A stretch of 48,626 nucleotides of DNA from Rickettsiales bacterium (lineage in GTDB: Bacteria > Pseudomonadota > Alphaproteobacteria > Methylaequorales > Methylaequoraceae). Where the stretch lies: NCBI GenBank assembly GCA_028407765.1, contig JAOOJU010000003.1, forward strand, positions 1-48,626, read 5' to 3'. The position numbers were made by a program, and so were the translations under genes. The notes beneath the pieces are model-generated. The model was not told the DNA's origin, did no database searches, and worked only from the letters and a program-made list of their open reading frames with translations. Each line of letters opens with the position of its first letter. The first letter of the stretch is position 1. Below are positions 38,568 to 47,269 of the stretch, in pieces.

Positions 38568-39026
38568 CTAATTCCCTTCTACAAGATTTTTAATTTCAGG
38601 TGGAATATAATTCTCATCATGTTTAGCTAATACTTTTTTTGCGTTAAAAATTTTTTGATCTTTCATAAAAAATCCTTCTACTATAACTCCTTGTCCTTCT
38701 TTAAATAAATCTGGAAGAATTCCAATATATTTTATGTCTATAGCATTCTCTAAGTCAGTTATTCTAAAGTTAATCTCTTCTACTTGTTTTTCATTTCTTA
38801 ATATTAATTTTCTTTTGATACTTAAATCTTCAACGAGTCCACCGATTCTTGCTTTTTTGTTTAACTCATTTTCTTTCATTAACATTTCTGTTGGAGAATA
38901 AAAGTACACAAGATTATCTCTTAGATTTATAATTAAAACACTGAATCCGATAAAAAAAGATATTAATAATAGTGAAACAAAATAAAGTCTTTTATGTTTA
39001 CTTTTCATGATCATTGACCATTTCAA
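38568..39026 (-). CDS. ccmE: Heme chaperone CcmE
   Basis: LPDLF.EGQG, LAKHDENY.P. True start probably ATG 39014 or 39008. Confidence 0.96.
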   Translation of the reverse strand: MKWSMIMKSKHKRLYFVSLLLISFFIGFSVLIINLRDNLVYFYSPTEMLMKENELNKKARIGGLVEDLSIKRKLILRNEKQVEEINFRITDLENAIDIKYIGILPDLFKEGQGVIVEGFFMKDQKIFNAKKVLAKHDENYIPPEIKNLVEGN

Positions 39027-39165
39027 GGTATTTTTTTTTTATTTTTTTATTTTGTATTTTAGAACTTATTACTAAAAGAGCAATTATAAAAAATGCTATC
39101 AAATATGATGAAACAACATAGGGCAAGTGTTTTTCAGATTCTAAAAGTTCAAGAAAATATTTCAT
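38998..39165 (-). CDS. ccmD: Heme exporter protein CcmD, 55 aa
   Basis: Below ORF-track cutoff. Hand translation MKYFLELLESEKHLPYVVSSYLIAFFIIALLVISSKIQNKKIKKKYLEMVNDHEK: H..YV..SY, one TM, basic tail; exactly between ccmC and ccmE. Confidence 0.85.
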   Translation of the reverse strand: MKYFLELLESEKHLPYVVSSYLIAFFIIALLVISSKIQNKKIKKKYLEMVNDHEK

Positions 39166-39166
39166 T

Positions 39167-39883
39167 TTAATTATTTTTATTAATTCTTATTATTTCTATC
39201 TTTCTTTTTAAAATTTCCGATGAAATTCTATTTAATAAAATAGAGATAAATAGTAACATCATAGATAACGCCATAATCAAAAGAGGCTTTAACATTAGAG
39301 GATCGATCGAAGGACTAGAAAATTTGGTTATACTTGCTGTCTGATGAAGTGTGTTCCACCAATCAACTGACCATTTAATAATTGGAAGATTTATAACACC
39401 AATTAAAGTTAGTATAGCAGCATTCCTGTCTCCTTTTCTCACATCCTCAAAAGAATTCGATATTAAAATGTGCCCGAGATAGATAAATAAAAGAATGAGT
39501 TCTGAAGTTAACCTAGCATCCCATACCCACCATGTTCCCCAAGTTGGTTTACCCCAAATAGAACCGGTAATAAGTGTTATCAGAGTGAAGCATGCACCTA
39601 TGGGTGCACTAGAACGGGCAATTATGTCTGCCAGTGGATGTTTATAAACAATTGATATAAAACTACAAATAGCCATTATCAAATAAATTTGAAGCGATAA
39701 CCAGGCACACGGTACATGAATATACATAATTCTGACTGTTTGTCCTTGTAAGTAATCTGGGGGTGACTTAAAAAAAGAAAAATAAAGACCAATTGTAATT
39801 AAAATAAAAGAACTATAAAAAACCCATGGGTATATTGCTTGGGAGAAATTTTGGAATCTTTTTGGATTTGATAGATTAAACAT
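39167..39883 (-). CDS. ccmC: Heme exporter/channel CcmC
   Basis: IMYIHVP, WGKPTWGTWWVWDARLT, WWNTLHQ. Confidence 0.98.
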   Translation of the reverse strand: MFNLSNPKRFQNFSQAIYPWVFYSSFILITIGLYFSFFKSPPDYLQGQTVRIMYIHVPCAWLSLQIYLIMAICSFISIVYKHPLADIIARSSAPIGACFTLITLITGSIWGKPTWGTWWVWDARLTSELILLFIYLGHILISNSFEDVRKGDRNAAILTLIGVINLPIIKWSVDWWNTLHQTASITKFSSPSIDPLMLKPLLIMALSMMLLFISILLNRISSEILKRKIEIIRINKNN

Positions 39884-39884
39884 T

Positions 39885-40562
39885 TTATTTATTTACTTCT
39901 TTTAAAGCATATCTTCCAGAAATTAATGTTATTGGTAATGTAATTAAAAAAATTGCAATTAAAACTAAAAAATTAGACTCGTTGTCATTTATTGACTGAG
40001 ATAATTTAACTGATCCAACGCCAAAGATGAGAATTGGAACAATGATTGGATAAACTAAAATTAAAAGAAGAACTTTGTTATTTTTTGATTGAAGGGTTAA
40101 CAAAGTCCCAATACTTGTGATTAATAAAATTGAAGGACTTCCTAGAATAATAGAAAAAACTAAAACTATAATCTCATCTGATTGCAATTGTAGCATTAAA
40201 GATAGTAAAGGCGTGAATAATAATAATGGTAAAATTAAGAAAATCCACATCACTAATACTTTAGATATTATTATACTCTCGGGTGAATAACCAATTATTT
40301 GTAATTCTTTGAGACTTCCGTCTAGAAAGTCTTTGAGAAAAAATTGTTCAGTACTCAAAATGATTGTAAATATAACTGTTGCCCATATTATTGCAGAACC
40401 GATATTTGACAATATTTCTGGATTTGGACCTAATGATAGAATAAAAATGATAATACTTATTAAAAAAAAAGAAAGGCTTATCATCAAATTTCCGATACTT
40501 CTGATGCCTATAAACATTTCTCTGTAAAACAGAGCAGAAAAATTTCTCATAGATTCTTCCAA
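39885..40562 (-). CDS. ccmB: ABC permease CcmB
   Basis: LGP....L..I...IIW, F..D..DGSL, P..VPILIFG; six TMs. Confidence 0.93.
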   Translation of the reverse strand: MEESMRNFSALFYREMFIGIRSIGNLMISLSFFLISIIIFILSLGPNPEILSNIGSAIIWATVIFTIILSTEQFFLKDFLDGSLKELQIIGYSPESIIISKVLVMWIFLILPLLLFTPLLSLMLQLQSDEIIVLVFSIILGSPSILLITSIGTLLTLQSKNNKVLLLILVYPIIVPILIFGVGSVKLSQSINDNESNFLVLIAIFLITLPITLISGRYALKEVNK

Positions 40563-41200
40563 TTATTTGGGTTTATGTAGGTTTCTGCTTTTTTTACTAA
40601 TAAATCTAAGTCAATTTTTATAAATGACTTTAAAGTAAAATCAAGATGAGTTGTAATTAAAGTAGATCCATTTTTCTTTTGATGTTTTTTAATTAGAATA
40701 TTAAATTGATTTTGCGAATCTTTATCCAAGCTATTAGTAGGCTCATCCAAAATCCATAGGTTGCAATTCGAAAATAATAATTTACTGAGAGCAACTTTTC
40801 TTTTTTGACCAGCTGAAAGAAGATTTATTTGATGATCAAAAAGATGATTGATTTTAAAAAAACTTAATTTACTAATAATCTCTAAATCTTCAAAATACTG
40901 ATCGTTTAATTTTAACCATAATTTTATATTTTCTATTACAGTAAGCTCTTCTTTTAAACTATTATTATGCCCTATAAAAGTGAACAATTTACATGTATTT
41001 AGATTACTTTCTCCGTTTATTTTTATTTCTCCACTACTAAGTTCTAACATACCGATTATTGCTTCAAGTAAACTAGATTTTCCAATTCCATTCGAACCTT
41101 TTAAAATCATGATTTGAGATTTTTTTAAATTTAAATTAAGATCCTTAAATAAAAGTTTCTTATTTCGTTTTAAGGAGACTGATTTAACTTCTAATACCAT
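40547..41200 (-). CDS. ccmA: ABC ATPase CcmA
   Basis: GSNGIGKS, GH.N.LK..LTV.EN, LSAGQKRK, WILDEP. Start moved from 41272 to ATG 41200 to avoid overlap with divergent acnA. Confidence 0.94.
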   Translation of the reverse strand: MVLEVKSVSLKRNKKLLFKDLNLNLKKSQIMILKGSNGIGKSSLLEAIIGMLELSSGEIKINGESNLNTCKLFTFIGHNNSLKEELTVIENIKLWLKLNDQYFEDLEIISKLSFFKINHLFDHQINLLSAGQKRKVALSKLLFSNCNLWILDEPTNSLDKDSQNQFNILIKKHQKKNGSTLITTHLDFTLKSFIKIDLDLLVKKAETYINPNNWKNL

Positions 41201-41260
41201 AATTATTTTTTTTACGTTTTTTGAAAATAATAATTTAATATTATTAATAAAGGTAAATTC

Positions 41261-43885
41261 ATGAACAATCATTCAAATAATTTTAAAAGTTTGGATAAAA
41301 TTAATATATTAGACAAAGATTTTTGTTTTTATAACATTAATAATATCGATTTTTTGGAATCATTAAAGATAAAGAGTCTCCCTATATCTTACAAAATTTT
41401 GTTAGAAAACTTAGTTAGAAACTTTGATAATCAAACAGTTAGGAAAGAAGATATTGAAAATTTAATTGAGCGCAAAGTTGGTTCTGAAATTCAATTTAAA
41501 CCTTCAAGAGTTTTGATGCAAGATTATACAGGAGTCCCGGCAGTTTCTGATCTTGCAGCAATGAGGGACTCAGTAAAGGAGAGAAAAAAGGATCCTAAGA
41601 TAATAAATCCATTAGTTCCAGTTAGTTTAGTTATTGATCATTCAATTATTGTAGATAACTATGGGCAAGATGACTCTATTAGTAAAAATGTAGATAAAGA
41701 GTTTAGAAGAAATACAGAGCGATATCAATTATTGAAATGGGCTCAATCATCATTCAAAAATTTTAAAGTTTTTCCACCTGGCTCAGGTATTTGTCATCAA
41801 ATTAACTTGGAATTTTTATCAGATGTGGTAATTAAAAATAATGACTTTTTGTATTTTGATTCAGTTGTTGGAACAGATAGTCATACAACAATGATAAATT
41901 CTTTATCCATATTGGGATGGGGTGTTGGAGGTATTGAAGCAGAATCAGTAATGCTTGGACAATCCATTTCAATGTTAATTCCAGATGTTATTGGCATTAA
42001 ATTATCAGGAGAGTTAAACGAGGGGATAACTGCAACAGATTTAGTTTTATCAATAACTCAGAAACTTCGTAAACTCGGAGTAGTAGGAAAATTTGTAGAG
42101 TTTTTTGGGCATGGCTTGAAAAATTTATCATTGTCAGAAAGATCAACAATATCAAATATGGCACCTGAGTACGGAGCTACGTGTGGTATTTTTCCAGTGG
42201 ATAAAGAAACACTTGATTACCTAAAGCTAACTGGAAGAAACTTAGATGATATTAATTTGATAGAGAAATTTAGTAAAATTCAGGGAACTTGGATGGATGA
42301 TAAGTCATACCCAATAAGTTATGATAAAGTAGTGGAAATTAAACTTGACCAAATTAAAGCTGCGATGGCGGGGCCAAAAAGACCACAAGATAAAATTAAT
42401 TTAGAGGATGTAAAGGAAGTTTTTCTGGATCAATTATCTAGTACTGAGAATGAAAATTTAGAATTAATGAGAGAAGAAAATAAGGTAAAACATGGTTCAG
42501 TATGTGTTGCTGCAATAACAAGTTGTACAAATACGTCGAATCCTTCTGTACTAATTATGGCTGGCTTAATTGCAAAGAAAGCAATAGATCTTGGTATTAA
42601 AATTCCATCATGGGTAAAAACTTCTCTCGCACCCGGGAGTCAAGTAGTTGAGGAGTATTTAGAAAAAGCGAATTTGATTAAACCATTAAATCAATTAGGA
42701 TTCAATATCGTGGGTTACGGTTGTACGACATGTATTGGAAATTCAGGGCCACTTAGAAAAGATATAGAACAAGAAATAAAGACACGAAACTTAAATGTTT
42801 GTAGTGTAATTTCCGGGAATAGAAACTTTGAAGGCAGAATACATCCTTTAATCAAATCAAACTTCCTCGCTTCTCCGCCACTAGTTATGATCTATGCAAT
42901 TGCAGGCAAAGTAGATTTAAATATTTATTCTGAACCAATAACTTCAGTAAACGGTAATGATTTATATTTGAAGGATTTTTGGCCATTAATGAAAGATGTT
43001 AATGTAATTATGGAAACTGTTTTATCGAGGAAAATGTATGTAGATAAATATTCTAAGATTTTTGATGGAGATGAGAACTGGGAAAAAATTAAAACTGTTA
43101 ATTCAGAAACATATGATTGGTCGGTATCATCAACATATATAAAGAAGCCTCCATTTTTAGACCAAAATAGACAAAAAAAAACAACTATAACAAATGCAAA
43201 ACCTTTACTTATACTTGGTGACTCTGTTACAACAGATCATATCTCTCCTGCTGGTGTTATAAAAGAAGATAGTGCAACCGGAAAGTATTTAACAGAAAGA
43301 CAAGTAAAAAATTTAGATTTTAATTCTTTTGGTGCGCGTCGGGGTAATCATGAGATCATGGTTAGAGGAACTTTTGCAAATGTAAGAATCAATAACAAAA
43401 TGGTAAATAAAGAGGGTGGATATACTATTCACTATCCTAGTGGATATGAGGATGAAGTATACAATGTTGCCCAAAAGTATGAAAAAGAAGGAGTTCCATT
43501 AATAGTGGTTGCTGGGAAAGAATATGGTACAGGTTCTTCAAGAGACTGGGCGGCAAAGGGCACTAAGCTTTTAGGAATAAAAGTTGTCATAGCTGAGAGT
43601 TTTGAGAGGATACATAGATCAAACTTAGTTGGAATGGGTGTATTGCCACTTGAAATGATAAATAATACAGTTGAAGACCTAGGTTTGTTGGGTTCGGAAA
43701 GCTTTGATATTGGTGATTTATTGTCCTTTCAAAAAGAGCCAAATATAAGAAAGAGTATAACAATAAATTATAAAGATAAAACTTGTAAGAAAATAGAGGT
43801 TGTTTCAAGGATTGATACAGTCAATGAAATTAATTATTTCAGAGAGGATGGCATTTTACCTTATGTCTTAAATAAAATAAGTTAA
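41261..43885 (+). CDS. acnA: Aconitate hydratase AcnA
   Basis: RVLMQDYTGVP, GTDSHTT, AITSCTNTSNP, GCTTCIGNSG, TTDHISPAG, GSSRDWAAKG. Confidence 0.98.
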   Translation: MNNHSNNFKSLDKINILDKDFCFYNINNIDFLESLKIKSLPISYKILLENLVRNFDNQTVRKEDIENLIERKVGSEIQFKPSRVLMQDYTGVPAVSDLAAMRDSVKERKKDPKIINPLVPVSLVIDHSIIVDNYGQDDSISKNVDKEFRRNTERYQLLKWAQSSFKNFKVFPPGSGICHQINLEFLSDVVIKNNDFLYFDSVVGTDSHTTMINSLSILGWGVGGIEAESVMLGQSISMLIPDVIGIKLSGELNEGITATDLVLSITQKLRKLGVVGKFVEFFGHGLKNLSLSERSTISNMAPEYGATCGIFPVDKETLDYLKLTGRNLDDINLIEKFSKIQGTWMDDKSYPISYDKVVEIKLDQIKAAMAGPKRPQDKINLEDVKEVFLDQLSSTENENLELMREENKVKHGSVCVAAITSCTNTSNPSVLIMAGLIAKKAIDLGIKIPSWVKTSLAPGSQVVEEYLEKANLIKPLNQLGFNIVGYGCTTCIGNSGPLRKDIEQEIKTRNLNVCSVISGNRNFEGRIHPLIKSNFLASPPLVMIYAIAGKVDLNIYSEPITSVNGNDLYLKDFWPLMKDVNVIMETVLSRKMYVDKYSKIFDGDENWEKIKTVNSETYDWSVSSTYIKKPPFLDQNRQKKTTITNAKPLLILGDSVTTDHISPAGVIKEDSATGKYLTERQVKNLDFNSFGARRGNHEIMVRGTFANVRINNKMVNKEGGYTIHYPSGYEDEVYNVAQKYEKEGVPLIVVAGKEYGTGSSRDWAAKGTKLLGIKVVIAESFERIHRSNLVGMGVLPLEMINNTVEDLGLLGSESFDIGDLLSFQKEPNIRKSITINYKDKTCKKIEVVSRIDTVNEINYFREDGILPYVLNKIS

Positions 43886-43890
43886 TTAAT

Positions 43891-46284
43891 ATGTTTGAAA
43901 AAATTTCAGCGATACTTGGTCCAACTAATACAGGAAAAACTTTTTTTGCTGTGGAGAAAATGCTTTCATATAAAAATGGAGTAATAGGTTTTCCGCTAAG
44001 ACTTTTGGCTAGAGAGAATTATGAATTAGTTGCTCAAAAAATTGGAAAAAACAAAGTTGCCCTAATTACTGGTGAAGAAAAGATTATACCAAAAGATGCT
44101 GAATACTTTTTTTGTACAGTAGAAGCAATGCCTGAAAAACAACAGTTTGAATTTTTAGCTATTGATGAAGTTCAACTAGCTGCAAATTTCGAAAGAGGGT
44201 ATCAATTTACTGATAAAATAATAAATTCAAGAGGAAGTTTAGAAACATTACTTCTAGGTTCTCTCTCAATTGAATCATTGTTGAAGAAAATTTTCCCTAA
44301 ATTGAAAGTTATAAAAAAATCGAGATTATCAAACTTAAAATATTATGGGTATAAGAATTTAACACGACTACCACCAAGATCAGCAATAATAGCTTTTTCA
44401 CAGATTGATGTATATTCAATTGCAGAAAAAATAAAAAAATTTAAGGGAGGCGTCTCAGTTATTACAGGCGCTTTATCACCAGATGCGAGAAATGCTCAAG
44501 TAAAACTATTCGAAAAAGGCCATGTTGATTATATTGTAGCTACAGATGCAATAGGATTAGGATTAAATTTAGCAATCAAGTATATATTTTTTACAACTCT
44601 AATAAAGTTTGATGGATTCAAGAGAAGATACTTAACTAATGATGAAATTTCACAAATAGCTGGGAGAGCTGGAAGATATGTTAATGATGGTTTTTTTGGT
44701 GTAACACAAAATTTAAAGGAGCTTGATAACGATTTAATAAAATTTGTAGAAGAACATCGGTACAGTGTGATTGATAGAATCTTCTGGAGAAATTCAAATT
44801 TAAATTTTAGTTCCAGTAAAACTTTAATAGAGAGCCTTAAAAAAAAACCAAAATCCAGTTACTTTATTTATAAAAAAAATGCTAATGATTTAAACCAATT
44901 AAATCTATTACTTCAAGATAAGCGAATAAAAAAACAAGTAACAAATAAAGTTCATCTCAAAGCTTTGTGGGAGATTTGTGGAATACCAGATTATATGAAG
45001 ACAATGGATGAATACCATACAAGATTTTTGATAAAGATTGCTAATTTTTTATTAATTGAAAAAAGCTGTATTCCTGAACCTTGGATTGATATGCAGGTTA
45101 AACAAATACAAAAAGTTCAAGATAAGATCTCTGTTATTAATATGAAGATTTCACAGATAAGGACTTGGTCTTATATTTCTTTTAAAAAAAGTTGGATAGA
45201 AAACTCTCAACAATATCAAATTAAAATAAAAAAGATTGAGAATTTTCTTTCTAATAAATTGCATGAAAATTTAGTTAATAAATTTGTTGATGAAACAATT
45301 AAAAACCCAAACCAAACATTATTTGAAAATGATCAAAATTTTGTTTATCTAAATAAAATGAATGATCTTTTCTTTAGTAAGAAGAAAATAGGTTTTGTGA
45401 AAGGGTTTAAGTTTTTTTTCGTAAATAAAAAATTAGAAATCAAAAAAAAATCTTTTTCATATAAATATATAAAAAACTCTCTCGCAAAGGTCACTGGTGA
45501 AATTATAAAAGGTTTCTTATCATCAGATATTAGTTCTTTAAATTTCAGTATAGAGGGAGAAGTTTTCTGGAAACATGAGAGAATTGCATGCTTTCAAAAG
45601 GGAGACGATATATTATCGCCAAAAATTAAAATCTTATCAGACAACTATTTTTCAAGTAAAGATAATTTGATGATAAAAAAAAAAGTTCAAAATTATTTAG
45701 ACATTATCATCAAACGTAAAATCAGAATTATTAAAGATATTTTTGACGATTCATTCAAAAAAGACTATTCCTCTTCATATAGAGCTATTTGTTTTGGACT
45801 ATACGAAAATATGGGTCATTGCCTAAAAAAGAATTATGAGTATTACTATAAAAACCTAAATAAGGATGAGATTTTTTTATTAAAAGATTATGGAATAACT
45901 AATGGAAATAATTTTTTATTCTTAAAAAATGAGAATTTAGCACTTTTAAACATAAAGCAGATGCTAATAAATATTTTTTATAACTTAAGAATAAAAAAAA
46001 AAATTGAAAGAAAGTTAATTTCAATAAATAAAATAAAGTTAGCAGGAAACATTCCAATAAACTTGTATAATAAAATCGGATATTATGAAATTGATGTAAA
46101 TAATGATTCATATCTTATTTACTACAACTTTTATGAGAAATTGATAGACTCAATATATTTTTCAAAGAAAAAGAAAATATCCTATAGCAAGAAAATACTA
46201 GAAGAATGTTCAAATGAAGAAGATTTCTTGAAAAATTGTTTTAAAAATCCTAGATTATTAGATTTAAAACCATCGATTATGTAG
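43891..46284 (+). CDS. SUV3-like SF2 helicase
   Basis: GPTNTGKT, PLRLLARE, CTVEAMP, DEVQ, VATDAIGLGLNL, QIAGRAGR; diverged C-terminal half. Confidence 0.92.
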   Translation: MFEKISAILGPTNTGKTFFAVEKMLSYKNGVIGFPLRLLARENYELVAQKIGKNKVALITGEEKIIPKDAEYFFCTVEAMPEKQQFEFLAIDEVQLAANFERGYQFTDKIINSRGSLETLLLGSLSIESLLKKIFPKLKVIKKSRLSNLKYYGYKNLTRLPPRSAIIAFSQIDVYSIAEKIKKFKGGVSVITGALSPDARNAQVKLFEKGHVDYIVATDAIGLGLNLAIKYIFFTTLIKFDGFKRRYLTNDEISQIAGRAGRYVNDGFFGVTQNLKELDNDLIKFVEEHRYSVIDRIFWRNSNLNFSSSKTLIESLKKKPKSSYFIYKKNANDLNQLNLLLQDKRIKKQVTNKVHLKALWEICGIPDYMKTMDEYHTRFLIKIANFLLIEKSCIPEPWIDMQVKQIQKVQDKISVINMKISQIRTWSYISFKKSWIENSQQYQIKIKKIENFLSNKLHENLVNKFVDETIKNPNQTLFENDQNFVYLNKMNDLFFSKKKIGFVKGFKFFFVNKKLEIKKKSFSYKYIKNSLAKVTGEIIKGFLSSDISSLNFSIEGEVFWKHERIACFQKGDDILSPKIKILSDNYFSSKDNLMIKKKVQNYLDIIIKRKIRIIKDIFDDSFKKDYSSSYRAICFGLYENMGHCLKKNYEYYYKNLNKDEIFLLKDYGITNGNNFLFLKNENLALLNIKQMLINIFYNLRIKKKIERKLISINKIKLAGNIPINLYNKIGYYEIDVNNDSYLIYYNFYEKLIDSIYFSKKKKISYSKKILEECSNEEDFLKNCFKNPRLLDLKPSIM

Positions 46285-46300
46285 GGAATATTTTATTATC

Positions 46301-46330
46301 TTGAAAATAAAAGAAATAGTGATATATAAA
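46301..46330 (+). promoter_or_regulatory. Candidate sigma70 promoter for fdxA-carD
   Basis: TTGAAA at 46301-46306 followed after 16-18 nt by TATATA/TATAAA with an upstream TG; weak in an AT-rich background. Confidence 0.35.
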
Positions 46331-46353
46331 AATCATATTGATCACATAGTTTA

Positions 46354-46692
46354 ATGACATACATAGTTAAAGATAATTGCGTTAAATGTAAATTCATGGA
46401 TTGCGTAGAGGTTTGCCCGGTAGACTGTTTCTATGAAGGTGAAAATATGTTAGTTATTCACCCTGATGAGTGCATTGATTGTGGAGTATGTGAACCAGAA
46501 TGTCCCGCAGAGGCAATAAGCGATGACAACTGCGATGATGCTCAAAAGTGGATAGACATTAACCGAGAATTTTCTGAAAAATGGCCAAATATTTCCAGAA
46601 TAGGCGAACCTCCTAAGGATGCCGAAGACTGGAAAGGCAAAGAAAATAAGTTTGAAAAATACTTCAGTCCAAAACCGGGAAAAGGGAACTAA
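46354..46692 (+). CDS. fdxA: 7Fe ferredoxin FdxA
   Basis: [37 protein letters not shown]. Confidence 0.96.
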   Translation: MTYIVKDNCVKCKFMDCVEVCPVDCFYEGENMLVIHPDECIDCGVCEPECPAEAISDDNCDDAQKWIDINREFSEKWPNISRIGEPPKDAEDWKGKENKFEKYFSPKPGKGN

Positions 46693-46744
46693 TAAACTGG
46701 TATTTTTTTTCTAGTCTAATGAAATTAAAATAATAAAATTATAA

Positions 46745-47269
46745 ATGGAGAAAAATTTGAAAAAAAGTAATGAGGACTTGAATCTAGAAGTAGGAGATTT
46801 AGTTGTTTATCCAACATACGGAGTAGGTCAAATTGAAGAATTTGATACTCATCATATTGATGGTGATGATCATGAATTTGTTATAATAAATTTCAAGCAA
46901 GACAAAATGAAACTGAGAATTCCTATGAACAAAACAGCAAATTCTGGTTTGAGAAAACTAAGTAATAAAAATAGGCTATCTAAAGCTTTAGAGGTGCTGG
47001 GTGAAGTTCCAAATCTAAAAAAAGATATGTGGATAAAGAGAGCTAAAGAATATGAAAAAAATATTAATAGTGGAGACCCTGTATTAATAGCAGAGGTAGT
47101 GAGAGATTTACATAAAACTGAGGAATCACTGGAGCAACAATCTTACTCGGAAAGACAAATTTATCTTACTGCCCTCAACAGATTAAGTAATGAATATGGT
47201 GCCGTTCAGGACATAGATAAGAAGGCTGCAAAAAAGAAACTTGAGGAACTTTTAAATAGTCCATCTTAG
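46745..47269 (+). CDS. carD: CarD family RNA polymerase-binding regulator
   Basis: GD.VVYP.YGVG.I, GLRKL, W..RA.EYE..INSGD....AEVVRDL, QSYSERQ.Y..A..RL..E. Confidence 0.95.
   Translation: MEKNLKKSNEDLNLEVGDLVVYPTYGVGQIEEFDTHHIDGDDHEFVIINFKQDKMKLRIPMNKTANSGLRKLSNKNRLSKALEVLGEVPNLKKDMWIKRAKEYEKNINSGDPVLIAEVVRDLHKTEESLEQQSYSERQIYLTALNRLSNEYGAVQDIDKKAAKKKLEELLNSPS

Noticed and set aside
3950-46111. About 30 short track ORFs (60-157 aa, e.g. 4513-4842, 19620-20093, 28490-28768, 31218-31574, 37647-37946)
   Set aside because: They overlap well-supported genes in antisense or alternative frames and show no recognisable motifs.
46338-46352. Possible FNR/CRP box upstream of fdxA (TTGATCACA)
   Set aside because: Only one half-site; no ATCAA at the required spacing.
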